From the NCBI GenBank assembly GCA_965249485.1, contig OZ252239.1:2944001-3008000 (forward strand): a stretch of DNA of 64,000 nt. The letters run 5' to 3'. Both the position numbers and the translations under genes were made by a program. The DNA is from a bacterium (lineage in GTDB: Bacteria > SM23-31). Position 1 is the stretch's first letter, and the number at the start of each line of letters is the position of its first letter. Positions 1 through 11,116 of the stretch are shown here, one piece after another. The notes below the pieces were generated by a model. The model made no database searches. It was not told the DNA's origin and worked only from the letters and a program-made list of their open reading frames with translations.

Positions 1-213
1 AAGGTCAATTTCCATCCAGTTGCCGACGGTAAGCTGAGCTCCCACGCCAAGAATTACTTCAAGGGTTGCGTCAGATGCCTTACCGGTCGAATCATTCGAG
101 AGGGTGATACCTGCACCATCTGCAAACCAATCAACCTGTGCATAAGGACTGGTTCCGAATATCATAATGACAGCCAATAAGGCTCCTATAACGACTATGG
201 ATTTCGACCTCAT
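1..213 (-). CDS. Secreted protein, N-terminal part (runs off the window start)
   Basis: Manual translation MRSKSIVVIGALLAVIMIFGTSPYAQVDWFADGAGITLSND... with a signal-peptide-like N-terminus; AAAGGAG RBS just upstream of the ATG at 213; not in the ORF track. Confidence 0.75.
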   Translation of the reverse strand, partial: MRSKSIVVIGALLAVIMIFGTSPYAQVDWFADGAGITLSNDSTGKASDATLEVILGVGAQLTVGNWMEIDL

Positions 214-649
214 CGTTAACTCCTTTTTTAGTGTGTTTTTTTTATTCAAAATTAAACTCTTGATTAATATTCTAAGTTATAGTTTTATTGTGTGCACAAC
301 CCATACCAGACATAAAAATCCCCTTTGAAGCCGGGGCTCCACAATGGAAAATTTTGCTCTTTAGATTATGCAATATGGAAATACAGTAAAATAATAGCAA
401 GGTCATCAATTCTGTCCTTACCTCCAGCTAAATTTGTGTATATTTAACAATCCACCTAAGGCGGATTCGATATGATTATCTACTGCATAAAACCGACCTG
501 CGAATACGCACAGGTTCATTTGGCTTACTATGTTATCGTCAAGATTCATAAAAACTTTAAATGATTTATTGAATTTTTTTTCAATATTATTGTTAAACAT
601 TACTCTCATACTTGTATAATGATGAAATTTTAATAAACAAAAAATGTTA

Positions 650-665
650 TGCAAGTACTGTGCCA
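650..665 (-). promoter_or_regulatory. sigma54 -24/-12 promoter
   Basis: Minus strand TGGCACAGTACTTGCA: near-perfect consensus with 10 nt between GG and GC. Confidence 0.7.
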
Positions 666-788
666 TGAAAAAAACGAGCCTAATATCACCTTAAATGTTC
701 AACGTGCTCAGATATGTTTGCACATAATAAGGCAATTATTTCCCACTGAGTGTATTAAAACAGCCAATATATTCTAAATGTACAATGA

Positions 789-3425
789 TCAGGAAGAGTG
801 AGATTGGTATTTTGAATGCTCAAAAAGAATATGTTTTAAATCAAAAAGTATTTGTATTGCTTCACGTGGAGTGAGTGATTCGGGGTCGATTTCAAATAGT
901 ACCTTTCGTATCTTTGTGTTTTCCATATCAAATAGACTGATCTGGAAATTGTTTGATTGATTGTGAATGATTGAATCGCTGTCTGACCCACCTTTCAACG
1001 GGTTTATATTCATTGTCTCTAATGTGTCAAGTATTTCGCGTGCCCTTTCGATTATTGCCTGGGGTACGCCCGCCATTTGGGCAACATGTATACCATAACT
1101 GTGATCACTACTTCCCTGAATAATCTTGCGCAGAAAGACCACCGTATCTTTCCACTCTTTCACCTGCACATAATAATTCGCAATACGGGGCAAATGATGC
1201 GACAATGCCGTGATTTCATGATAATGTGTTGCAAAGAGTGTTTTCGCAGCAACAGATTGTTCGTTATGCAGATATTCTACAGTAGACCAGGCAATTGAAA
1301 GACCATCAAACGTACTGGTTCCTCTGCCAATTTCATCGAGCAGAAGGAGGCTCTTTGGAGTCGCATTGTTCAAGATATTTGCCAATTCTAACATTTCTAC
1401 TAAAAATGTGCTTTCTCCTCTACTGACATCATCATGCGCTCCAACTCTCGTGAATATTCTGTCAACAATACCAATTACAGCTTTACGAGCCGGTACAAAA
1501 CTGCCTATTTGGGCAAGAAGAACACAGAGTCCAATTTGACGTAGAAACGTTGATTTACCGGCCATGTTCGGCCCGGTAATTATATGAATCTGATCGTGTA
1601 AAACCGTAAAACTGTGGTCATTCGGAATAAACGGTTCGTCGGCAGGCAGTAGTTTTTCCACAACCGGGTGCCGTGATTCAATCAGTTCCAGATCATTACT
1701 ATCATTGATTGTCGGCTTACAGAATCCATTTTCCTGAGCTACATGTGCAAAACCACATAGCACATCGAGGCTTGCAATAATTCCCGCGTTCTTTTGTAGT
1801 ATCTGTGTTCTTTCAGCAATGGCCTGGCGCAGCGTATGAAAAAGGTCAAATTCTTTCTGCGCTATTTTTCCCTCAGCTGTGACGATCTGTTCTTCACGGC
1901 TTTTCATTTCCGGAGTAATAAAGCGTTCGGCATTAACAAGTGTCTGTTTTCGAATATAGTGTTCCGGTACTTTCGATTTATTAGAATTTGTGACTTCAAT
2001 GTAGTACCCGAATACTCTATTGTAATTGATTCGGAGAGAAGATATTCCTGTGACAATTCTTTCCTGTTCCTGAAGATCGAGTATCCACTGTTTTCCCCCG
2101 CGGGAAATTTTTCTGAGTTCATCAAGATCAACGTCATAACCGTCCCGAATAATGTTTCCCTCTGAAATAGATACAGGGGGATCATCAACAAGTGTCTCCT
2201 CTATCCGGTCGGCAATATCATCAAGAGGAATCAGCTCCTTTGTGAACATTTTTAATAAATTAGAATTGCACTCTTTCAAAGAGTCTCGAATTTCAGGTAT
2301 CAATCTCAGACTTTGGCCCAACCCTCTGACGTCTCGTGCATTTGCGCGCTGCGTATTTATTTTTGAAGTCAGCCGCTCAAGATCATTCATATCTTTCAAG
2401 GTAGTTTTTAATTGTTCTCTGAGGTTGATTTCGCCGTACAGTTCCTCGACTGCTTGATGTCGTTGCTGAATTGATTTTTTGTCTAAAAGTGGACGGAGTA
2501 TCCACGATTTTAAATACCGCGCACCCATTTTTGTACTGGTACTGTCGATTACTGATAAGAGACTTCCTTCTCTGTTGTTTTCATGCATTGGCGCGATAAT
2601 CTCAAGATTACGTCGTGTCGTATTGTCGAGAACCATATACTGCTCGAGATTCAGGACAGACAATTTTAATATATGACCGAGTTTTCCTTCCTGAATAGAG
2701 TGCAAATACTTAAGTGCGGCACCTGCAGCAGAGACACCTGCATGTAATTCTTCGCAGCCAAATCCTTTCAATGATACGGTTTTAAAATGTTCTGTCAATG
2801 TTGTATACGAGTAGTCATAACTAAAATAATAATCTTCAACTATAGTGAACAGTGGCTGATTTGTCCAGGTAATGAGACTTTTAATATGGTCGGACTGCTC
2901 AACCGGATAAATAATTTCCTGCGGATTGAGATTTTCCACCTGAGAAAGCAAAATATTCTTATTCCCCTCTGTCAGGAAAAATTCTCCTGTTGATATATCA
3001 ATGCCAGCCATACCAATGGTATCACCATCTGCAAAAAGCGAAACAAGATAGTTGTTTGAGCCGGCATCGATTACACTGTCAGAAGTCGCGGTTCCCGGAG
3101 TAACGACTTCCAGAACCGCCCGTTTGACAATCCCCTTTGCTTTTTTCGGATCTTCTACCTGTTCACAGACAGCGACTCTATAGCCCGCCTTGACCATTTT
3201 TGATAAATAAGTCTCGATACTATGGTGGGGAAATCCTGCAAGGGGGACATCCGCGCTTTTACCATGGGCACGGGACGTCAATGTCAGTCCTAATACATCC
3301 GATGCTATTTGAGCATCATCGTAGAACATTTCAAAAAAATCACCCATGCGAAAAAATAGTACAGTGCCGGGATATTTCTTTTTGATAGAGTGATACTGCT
3401 CCATCAGCGGTGTTGTTTTTTTCAT
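789..3425 (-). CDS. mutS: DNA mismatch repair protein MutS
   Basis: TPLMEQY, FFRMGDFFEMF, Walker A GPNMAGKST, DEIGRGTST, FATHYHE; start moved to the ATG of MKKTTP. Confidence 0.97.
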   Translation of the reverse strand: MKKTTPLMEQYHSIKKKYPGTVLFFRMGDFFEMFYDDAQIASDVLGLTLTSRAHGKSADVPLAGFPHHSIETYLSKMVKAGYRVAVCEQVEDPKKAKGIVKRAVLEVVTPGTATSDSVIDAGSNNYLVSLFADGDTIGMAGIDISTGEFFLTEGNKNILLSQVENLNPQEIIYPVEQSDHIKSLITWTNQPLFTIVEDYYFSYDYSYTTLTEHFKTVSLKGFGCEELHAGVSAAGAALKYLHSIQEGKLGHILKLSVLNLEQYMVLDNTTRRNLEIIAPMHENNREGSLLSVIDSTSTKMGARYLKSWILRPLLDKKSIQQRHQAVEELYGEINLREQLKTTLKDMNDLERLTSKINTQRANARDVRGLGQSLRLIPEIRDSLKECNSNLLKMFTKELIPLDDIADRIEETLVDDPPVSISEGNIIRDGYDVDLDELRKISRGGKQWILDLQEQERIVTGISSLRINYNRVFGYYIEVTNSNKSKVPEHYIRKQTLVNAERFITPEMKSREEQIVTAEGKIAQKEFDLFHTLRQAIAERTQILQKNAGIIASLDVLCGFAHVAQENGFCKPTINDSNDLELIESRHPVVEKLLPADEPFIPNDHSFTVLHDQIHIITGPNMAGKSTFLRQIGLCVLLAQIGSFVPARKAVIGIVDRIFTRVGAHDDVSRGESTFLVEMLELANILNNATPKSLLLLDEIGRGTSTFDGLSIAWSTVEYLHNEQSVAAKTLFATHYHEITALSHHLPRIANYYVQVKEWKDTVVFLRKIIQGSSDHSYGIHVAQMAGVPQAIIERAREILDTLETMNINPLKGGSDSDSIIHNQSNNFQISLFDMENTKIRKVLFEIDPESLTPREAIQILFDLKHILFEHSKYQSHSS

Positions 3426-3571
3426 GGAAATCTTGTTAAATCTGGATGAGCAATGATCGGAATGCACGTATAAAGACAAAAGCAAGAATTATAGCACTAC
3501 TTTTATACATTTAATCATCATCTAATAACCAATTCAGGGAAAATTCATTTCGTACTTTTACAAAGTTATTG

Positions 3572-4288
3572 CTATTCTAAAGTAACAACAAAAATATCAG
3601 GTATCTGGAACCGGCCTCTGTACTCGTCCCTCATTTTGTCAGCTTCCCCGCGTGACACAAACTCACCTACCCAAATTTTATATAATATCCTGTTACCCAC
3701 ATTCTGCTGATGAATTGTCGATGAGGTCAATCCAAGATTTCGAAGGTATTCAAGCCGTGTCCGTGCACCGGTTTCATTACCAAACGCACCAAATTGAAGA
3801 GTAAATTGCGGTTCCTGATTTTCTTCTTCTGCCGGTATTACCTGAGTCATCATTGTTGACGATTGTGCAACTCGTTCTTGTAAACGGTATGCAGTTTCTC
3901 GTAACTCTGAATCAGGAAATAGTGTTAAAAAACGGTCAACATTTTCTCCAAATGTCTGGTACAAACCTTTTGCATAGAAATATTGACACATACGCCAAAG
4001 AGCTTTTTCAACTAAAGGATTATCGAGTAACAGATCATCCATTGAACTGTACAGCGTAAACGCCTGCTCACCGTCTCCTTCTAAGAGGGCATTCAATAAT
4101 ATGTATTCCGGTTGATTATAATGGGTGCTTTCTAATGCAGATAAAGTATTTCGGACAGCATCAAATCGTCCATTGTTGAAATCCTGTAACGCACTGTATA
4201 AATCTTGTGCAAAGAGGTTGGTACTTATAAACGTTGCAATAATAAATGAAAACATTACCGGAGCAAAATTTGGTAATTTACGTACCAT
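3572..4288 (-). CDS. Secreted SPOR-domain protein
   Basis: Signal peptide, TPR-like helices, C-terminal FTLQFGAF...YKIWVGEF SPOR pattern. Confidence 0.75.
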   Translation of the reverse strand: MVRKLPNFAPVMFSFIIATFISTNLFAQDLYSALQDFNNGRFDAVRNTLSALESTHYNQPEYILLNALLEGDGEQAFTLYSSMDDLLLDNPLVEKALWRMCQYFYAKGLYQTFGENVDRFLTLFPDSELRETAYRLQERVAQSSTMMTQVIPAEEENQEPQFTLQFGAFGNETGARTRLEYLRNLGLTSSTIHQQNVGNRILYKIWVGEFVSRGEADKMRDEYRGRFQIPDIFVVTLE

Positions 4289-4341
4289 TGTTCATATATT
4301 TCAGTTAGAAGGATATGGCTTTTATGCTCAAAATATACACA

Positions 4342-5505
4342 TTAAAAATCAAAGGCATCCCATTTCTCACAGGAAGGGCATTGAATCAAAATGTTTGTAG
4401 TTGCGAATTGGCAATATCTGCACAGGTATGAAGTTGAATCAGTAACCATTTCAGCGAGCGACAATGCCTTTTCTTTAATAACCTGTATATCTTCAGAATT
4501 ATTCAGATACATAATGAGATTTTTCAGACCATCCGCCGAATTCGGATTAATCTTCAAGCCACGCTCAGTCAACTCAAGGGCTTTTTCTCGCTCACCTTTT
4601 TTGAAATATAATTCACCTAACCGGAGGAGAGCAAGAAAATTATCGGTATCTTTTTCTATTATGGAAGAATAAAATCCTTCCATTGCATTATAGTTTCCCG
4701 AATCAAAATATGCCGCATTAATATAATCGAAAACGAGATACGATTTTTGCGGGACTGTATCGGCAAACTCTTTCCAGACTTTTAATGCATCTTCCTGGCG
4801 CTTTTCCCGTGCATAAGCATCACCAAGATAGAGATAGGCGGCGGGAAAATCTCTGTCGAGTTTTATTGCCTCTTTAAAAATTATTCGGGCATCGTGATAC
4901 TCTCCCTTGTTGACAAGGTTCAATCCGTAAGCAATTTTATAGAGTGCCAGCTTATGATTTATTTCGGTAGAATTTATTGCATTCGATTGGAGATATTTAA
5001 AAGCATTTTTAAAATCTTTCTTGTATTCATAAATTGTTGGTTGAATTTCAAGTGCCCATGCATTCTTAACATCAAGTTCTAATAACTTATCACAGTATCG
5101 AAGTGCATCATTATATAGATTGAGTTCAATATAATCACTGATAATGTTTCGGTAGATCTCAATCAACTGATTGTCAGAAAGTCCGGACCGGATAGTCAAT
5201 TCTTTATGAATTTTCAAAGCTTGTTGAGGAGAATTCTGAATTCTGCAGAGCATCCCAAGCTTTATATAAGCGTCAATATTGTTTGTATCAAACCTTACGG
5301 CAGCCTTCAATAAATTCATTGCACGATTGTTATTTCCGGCAATAAGTTCATTTAATGCATCCACATATGCATTGGATTTTTTTAAATGGAGAGTACGATT
5401 ACGGTTAAATTTAATGCGGAAAACAATGAGCAAGAATACAACAATTAAAAATACTCCTCCAATACTATAGTAAAGTGAAATATCCTCAAGACCAAACACA
5501 TTCAT
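4342..5505 (-). CDS. lapB: LPS assembly protein B-like (TM + TPR + C-terminal CxxC..CxxC)
   Basis: N-terminal TM, TPR repeats, YLCRYCQF...CPSCEKW rubredoxin-like tail; adjacent to a lapA-like gene. Confidence 0.8.
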   Translation of the reverse strand: MNVFGLEDISLYYSIGGVFLIVVFLLIVFRIKFNRNRTLHLKKSNAYVDALNELIAGNNNRAMNLLKAAVRFDTNNIDAYIKLGMLCRIQNSPQQALKIHKELTIRSGLSDNQLIEIYRNIISDYIELNLYNDALRYCDKLLELDVKNAWALEIQPTIYEYKKDFKNAFKYLQSNAINSTEINHKLALYKIAYGLNLVNKGEYHDARIIFKEAIKLDRDFPAAYLYLGDAYAREKRQEDALKVWKEFADTVPQKSYLVFDYINAAYFDSGNYNAMEGFYSSIIEKDTDNFLALLRLGELYFKKGEREKALELTERGLKINPNSADGLKNLIMYLNNSEDIQVIKEKALSLAEMVTDSTSYLCRYCQFATTNILIQCPSCEKWDAFDF

Positions 5506-5834
5506 TATTCATCTTCCTTATCACGATTCCCATCTTCATCAATCGAAATATTTCTTAAATCACTGAGTTCTTTCTGAAACCGGCTGTTATCTCTCTTAAG
5601 CTGTCTGATTTCTTTTTTGTTGCTGATAAATTGTACTATTGCAACAGGAAACCAAGCGAGTGTGCCAAGAATCAACGCCACAAACAAAGCCATAAAAAGA
5701 CGTGTTTCAATCTGGTAATTCCAAAAAGTGAATGTTACCATAGTGATCATTTGATCAATATTTAGCCAACCGACGATAAGTGCAAAAATAATGAGCAAAA
5801 GTGCTAAAATCCATCGAAATACCCACATATACAC
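5505..5834 (-). CDS. lapA: LapA-family membrane protein
   Basis: Two TM helices plus C-terminal coiled coil; translationally coupled to lapB. Confidence 0.7.
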   Translation of the reverse strand: MYMWVFRWILALLLIIFALIVGWLNIDQMITMVTFTFWNYQIETRLFMALFVALILGTLAWFPVAIVQFISNKKEIRQLKRDNSRFQKELSDLRNISIDEDGNRDKEDE

Positions 5835-5913
5835 TCCAGAGGTTTTGTTATTCTAATGAAATAATTTTCGTACGTAGTAAGTACGGTTTTATTGTATTGA
5901 AATGCAACAGAAA

Positions 5914-7236
5914 TCAAGAATTCACTTCGTTGTCATTGAGCACTCGTACAAATGAACCCAATAATGTTTGACTTGAAGCCGCATTTATTTTCGCAACACA
6001 GAATGTACCGACCGGTAGATCGATGTCGGGTATTATGACATTTTTATTGCCGTCGGTTTTACCGAGTACATCTTTCGGAGACCTTTTGCTTGTTGTTTCA
6101 ACCATAACTGTAACTTCTTTGCCGATATAATTTTGATTTTTTCTGGCAGTAATATCCCGCTGGAGCGCGCATAATTCGTTCAATCGGCGCTTTTTCACCA
6201 TTTCATCTACCGTATCTTCCATTAAATGTGCAGGGGTCCCGTCCCGCGCAGAAAATTTAAATGTGTACGCTCCATCGAATACTACATGTTGCACTAATTC
6301 AAGTGTTTTTTGATGATCATCTTCTGATTCACCGGGATATCCCGATATAATATCTGTAGTTATACAGATATCGGGGATTTCGAGTTTCATAAGATCAATA
6401 ATATTAAGATAATGTTGTGCAGTATATTCGCGTCCCATAATTTCAAGTACTCTATCGGAACCCGACTGAACTGGCAAGTGCACATGTGAGCACACATTGT
6501 GCTTCTTTGCTATAATGTGGACAAGTTTTTCAGAGATATTTTTTGGGTGCGATGTTGTAAACCTTACCCTCATGATTCCCGGAACGTCACTGACCATCGT
6601 AAGAAGTTCAGGAAAATCAACATCCTCATTCTTGTAGGAGTTCACATTTTGACCTAACAACGTAACTTCCTTGAATCCCTCTGCGACAAGCCCTTCAACT
6701 TCCTTGACGATACTGTCAGCACTCCGTGACCGTTCCCTGCCCCGAGTAAAGGGTACTATACAATAGGTGCAATCATGATCGCATCCCCGTGATATAGCCA
6801 AAAATGCTGTGGCGCCTTCTTTTCTGAGAGGTGGTATATCATCATAATTTTCAAGAGGATTTTCCAATTCCACAAATGACCTGTTTGGAAGGTTTTGCAG
6901 CAATTTTGGTAAGTTCCTGTATGCATCAGGTCCCAGAATCAGGTCAAGTGCTGGAAGGGAATCTTGTAATTCTAAACCTACCCTTTGACCGAGGCAACCC
7001 ATAAGACCAACAATTAAGTCTTTTCTTTTCCTTTTACGTGCTAAGACTTGTTGAAGATAACCAAGTGCACGTTGGTCCGCATGTTCACGTATCGTACACC
7101 CCGTAACAAGGATGACATCTGCGCTTTCCTCATTCTCAGCTATGGTATAACCGTTACTCGTTAGTATACCCGAAGCAAGCTGAGAATCATACACATTCAT
7201 CTGACAGCCGTATGTTCTTATAAAGACTGAACCCAT
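5914..7236 (-). CDS. miaB: tRNA methylthiotransferase MiaB
   Basis: TYGCQMNVYDS, radical SAM CxxxCxxC (CDHDCTYC), LLGQNVNSY, TRAM-like C-terminus. Confidence 0.93.
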   Translation of the reverse strand: MGSVFIRTYGCQMNVYDSQLASGILTSNGYTIAENEESADVILVTGCTIREHADQRALGYLQQVLARKRKRKDLIVGLMGCLGQRVGLELQDSLPALDLILGPDAYRNLPKLLQNLPNRSFVELENPLENYDDIPPLRKEGATAFLAISRGCDHDCTYCIVPFTRGRERSRSADSIVKEVEGLVAEGFKEVTLLGQNVNSYKNEDVDFPELLTMVSDVPGIMRVRFTTSHPKNISEKLVHIIAKKHNVCSHVHLPVQSGSDRVLEIMGREYTAQHYLNIIDLMKLEIPDICITTDIISGYPGESEDDHQKTLELVQHVVFDGAYTFKFSARDGTPAHLMEDTVDEMVKKRRLNELCALQRDITARKNQNYIGKEVTVMVETTSKRSPKDVLGKTDGNKNVIIPDIDLPVGTFCVAKINAASSQTLLGSFVRVLNDNEVNS

Positions 7237-8568
7237 TTATATATATTCCTGTATTTCAGGTTTAATAGTATAGTTATTCGATACCTGACAGCCGGAAAGG
7301 ACCATACCTTTTTTCTCTGTGAGCAAAACATGCTCAAGAGCATTGCCCTTTTTGACAGTGCTGCTCTGGACTCTGGTATAATTCCTTGTAAATCCTTCAA
7401 ACATGCCATTTTTTTGCTTTGTTTCAAACAACACTTCTGCACACGTTCCGATTTGTCTGTTTAGGAATTGATCTTTCTTATTCAGGCCTACTCGTTGAAG
7501 CTCTCTGCTTCTGCTACGGGTAATTTCAGGATGTATTGCAGGCCCAATTTCCGGAGCTTTGGTACCGGATCTGGGCGAATAACGGAAAACATGGAGATAG
7601 GTAATTGGTAATGATTCGATAAACGACAATGATTCTTCAAAGTGTTTCTCCGATTCTTCGGGAAAACCAACCATTACATCAGCTCCTACCGCAGCATCGG
7701 GACAATATTTGCCGATCCAATCTAAAACTCTCCCATATTGCTTTTTCAGATATCTTCGTTTCATCATATTCAAAACATCGTTCGAACCACTTTGCAGCGG
7801 CACATGAAAGTGCCGGCACATGTCATCTGAATCGGCAACAAATTTGACAAGATCTTCCGAAAAACAATTTGGTTCTATGGACGTTAAACGAATACGCGGA
7901 ACATCGTCAATTGCTACAATACTGTCCAGTAGATTAAGGAGAGTATTCCCGACCTCATCCTTATACTCACCCAGATTAACCGCTGTAAGCACAATTTCAA
8001 GATAACCTGCATCCCGTATTTCCCGTATCCGGTCCAGGACATCATTAATTGGTCTGCTAATACTGGGACCGCGGACCTGGGGTATTATGCAGTACGTGCA
8101 TGAATACGAACAACCGTCTTGCACCTTCAAAAATGCACGGGTTCGCTTCGTGCCGTATGCCATGTCTTTTTCGGACTCGAATGGGTTGGTAGAAAAATCG
8201 GTGCGGATGATCGGCTCGGATACACAAGAATTATTATTAAGATGATCAAAAATTGACATCTTCTCACTGTTTCCGAGAATAAGATCGACACCGGGAATTG
8301 CAGCAATTGTTTGTGGGTCCGCTTGTGCATAGCACCCTATTACCGCGATGAGTGCTTCAGGGGATCGGTTTTTGGCCTGCCGGATCACCTGCCTGCACTG
8401 CGCATCAGCTTGATGCGTAACAGTACAGGTGTTGATCACATATATATCACTCGGTTCCAGAAAATCGACAACAGCAAGTCCTCGCTTTTGAAACGTTGCT
8501 GCTAACACATCCGACTCAGCCGAATTGACTTTACAGCCGAGTGTATAAAAAGCAACTTTTTTTGCCAT
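7237..8568 (-). CDS. mtaB: tRNA t6A37 methylthiotransferase MtaB
   Basis: TLGCKVN, INTCTVT, RAFLKVQDGC..CTYCIIP, LHVFRYSPR. Confidence 0.9.
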   Translation of the reverse strand: MAKKVAFYTLGCKVNSAESDVLAATFQKRGLAVVDFLEPSDIYVINTCTVTHQADAQCRQVIRQAKNRSPEALIAVIGCYAQADPQTIAAIPGVDLILGNSEKMSIFDHLNNNSCVSEPIIRTDFSTNPFESEKDMAYGTKRTRAFLKVQDGCSYSCTYCIIPQVRGPSISRPINDVLDRIREIRDAGYLEIVLTAVNLGEYKDEVGNTLLNLLDSIVAIDDVPRIRLTSIEPNCFSEDLVKFVADSDDMCRHFHVPLQSGSNDVLNMMKRRYLKKQYGRVLDWIGKYCPDAAVGADVMVGFPEESEKHFEESLSFIESLPITYLHVFRYSPRSGTKAPEIGPAIHPEITRSRSRELQRVGLNKKDQFLNRQIGTCAEVLFETKQKNGMFEGFTRNYTRVQSSTVKKGNALEHVLLTEKKGMVLSGCQVSNNYTIKPEIQEYI

Positions 8569-8584
8569 AATTCATTTAAGCGAG

Positions 8585-11004
8585 CTATTTTTCTTCTGTT
8601 TCAGAGGTTTCTTCGGAAGATGCAGCTTCTTCTTCAGTGTCTGCCTTCTCTTCCGATTCTCCGGTTGCATCTGCCACTGTTTCTTCTGCTACTATTAATT
8701 CTTCTTTTTCTTTTTTATTTCTTCTTCTACAGATTCCTCAACCACAGTTTCTGTTTCGGTTTCGACAGCATCACTCGTTTCTGCAGATGCTGTCTCGGCT
8801 TCATCCTGTGAAGCTTCCTTTTCATCTACAACAGTTTCAGCAGGCTGCTCATCCGTAACAACGGCTTGTTTTTCAGTATCTGCCTTCTCTTCTGATTCTC
8901 CCGTTGCATCTGCTACTGATTCTTCAGCTTCTACTAATGTCTCTTCTTTCTCTTTGGATTTTTTCTCTTTTATTTCTTCTTCTACAGATTCCTCAACTAC
9001 AGTTTCCGTTTCGGTTTCAACAGCATCACTCGTTTCTGCAGATGCTGTCTCGGCTTCATCCTGCGAAGCTTCCTTTTCATCTGCAGCTGTTTCAGCAGGC
9101 TGCTCATCCGCAACAACAGTTTCTGCCTCATCTGTTTTTTCTTCTGAACTCACTTCCTGTTCTACTTCTGTTGGGGTCTCTTTACTAGAATCGCTCTGTT
9201 TATCGAGGTATTCTTGCACATCCTTCTCTTCTACATCTTTTATATATTCCGAATGCGACAGAACGATTTTTTTATTATCTTTATCAAACTCTATTATCTT
9301 CAACGCAACTTCATCGCCCACATTCAGCTGTTTTTTAGCTTTCTTCGTACCGTCTTCTTCCGACTGCACATGGGAAGAAGGAACAAAACCTTCAAAACCG
9401 CCAACTAACTCAACAATTGTACCTTTCTCCACATGACGCACAACTTTTCCTTTGGTGACTACACCTTTTTGCAGTTCACCTTCGAAGGATTCCCAAGGAT
9501 TATCTTCGATTTGTTTATGTCCAAGTGAAATTCGTCTGTCTTCAATTGACACGTTCAGAATAACAACTGCTATGGCATCACCCTTCTTCACAATTTCACT
9601 GGGATGGCGCACCTTTTTCGTCCATGAGAGATCGGAGATATGAACAAGCCCGTCAATACCTTCTTCAAGTTCAACAAACACACCAAAGTTCGTAACATTT
9701 CGGACATTACCGTCATGTTTCGTGCCGACCGGATATTTTTCAACAACTGAAGTCCATGGGTCAGGATCGATTTGTTTCAATCCGAGTGAGATCTTCTTGT
9801 CATCCTTGTCGAAATTCAAGACGACAGCTTCAACGTCTTCACCAATGGAGAGAATCTTAGACGGATGCTTGATATGCTGTGTCCATGACATCTCTGAAAT
9901 ATGGATAAGTCCTTCGATTCCTTTTTCAAGTTCTACAAAAGCACCGTAATCAGTGATTGAAACAACTTTACCCGTAATTTTAGCGCCAACAGGAAATTTC
10001 TCTGCGACATTTTCCCATGGATGCGGTTGAAGCTGTTTAAGACCAAGCGATACACGTTTCTTCTCTGAATCAAAATCTAGAATGACAACTTTTAACTGTT
10101 CGTCAAGGCTTACAATCTCAGATGGATGAGCTACGCGACCCCATGATAGATCGGTAATGTGAAGCAGTCCGTCAACACCGCCAAGATCGATAAAGACACC
10201 GAAATCGGTGATATTCTTGACAACACCCCAGCGCACTTGACCTTTTTCAAGTTCTTCGAGTATTTTCTCGCGTTGTTCGGAGAGACCTTCTTCAATAATC
10301 ACACGGCGTGAAATGACGATGTTTTTCCGGAGGTGGTTGACTTTCACAATCCTGAATTCCATTGTTTGACCGAGAAGCGAATCAAAATCACGCACCGGCT
10401 TAACATCAATTTGAGAACCGGGTAGAAATGCATCGAGTCCCTGAAGGTCAACAACCATGCCACCCTTGATACGGCGCACACATTTTCCCTCTACTATTTC
10501 ATTGTCTTCGTGTCTCTGTACAACAACATCCCAAATGCGGGCAAAATCGGCTTTCTCTTTCGATAAACGGAGTTGTCCGTCATTGTCTTCCATTTTATCG
10601 AGGAGAATATCAATCTCGTCACCAACAGATAAATCTTCAACGGACTTAAATTCGTTAAGCGGAATAACGCCTTCTGATTTAAATCCAATATCTACTGCGA
10701 CTTCCTTATCATTGATTGAAAGAACTTTGCCCTTTACAATTTCACCTTCAGAAAAATCGAGTATTGTCTTATCATAAAGATTTGTTAAAACATCGAGTTC
10801 TCTTTGATCATATTCAGATTCTTCTTCTAAGTCCTCAAGCTTTATTACTTTTCCGGACAGAAGTTCCACTTTATCTTCGGACTCATTTTGTTCCGGACTC
10901 TCTACAACCGCAGCTTCAGTGGTTTCATCAGTTTGAACCGAGTCTTTATCTTCGGTCTTCTGATCAAGATTAGTTTCACTTTCACTCATTAAAAATACCT
11001 CCAA
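8585..11004 (-). CDS. rpsA: 30S ribosomal protein S1 with long acidic C-terminal extension; the called ORF stops at 8695 but the repeat-matching frame continues to TAG at 8585-8587 across a 1-nt shift in an A-run
   Basis: Six S1 repeats (AFLPGSQID, FGVFIDLGGVDGLLHITDLSW, GLIHISEMSW); tail frame EKEELIVAEETVADATGESEEKADTEEE... matches the first repeat copy. Confidence 0.93.
8634..9110 (-). repeat. Two-copy tandem repeat (~255 bp, 85 codons) in the rpsA acidic tail
   Basis: gatgctgtctcggcttcatcctg occurs at 8786 and 9041 (offset 255); tgccttctct at 8642 and 8881 (offset 239). Confidence 0.9.
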
Positions 11005-11116
11005 AAACCAAAAAAATGATTCTGGGTTAAAGGTTTAACATACAGGGGTTAATTACATTATTCATGTTATTATTTCATCGTTAAAATTAATATGTTATAT
11101 TAACTGCCCAAATTAT

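Noticed and set aside
214..640. c-di-GMP riboswitch in this leader or in the flgB/flgE leaders
   Set aside because: The GGCAAA...GAAA...GACGCAAAGC class I pattern was not found; other classes cannot be excluded without a covariance search
418..666. 82-aa minus-strand ORF
   Set aside because: Its ATG overlaps the sigma54 -24 box, it has no RBS and the composition is not protein-like
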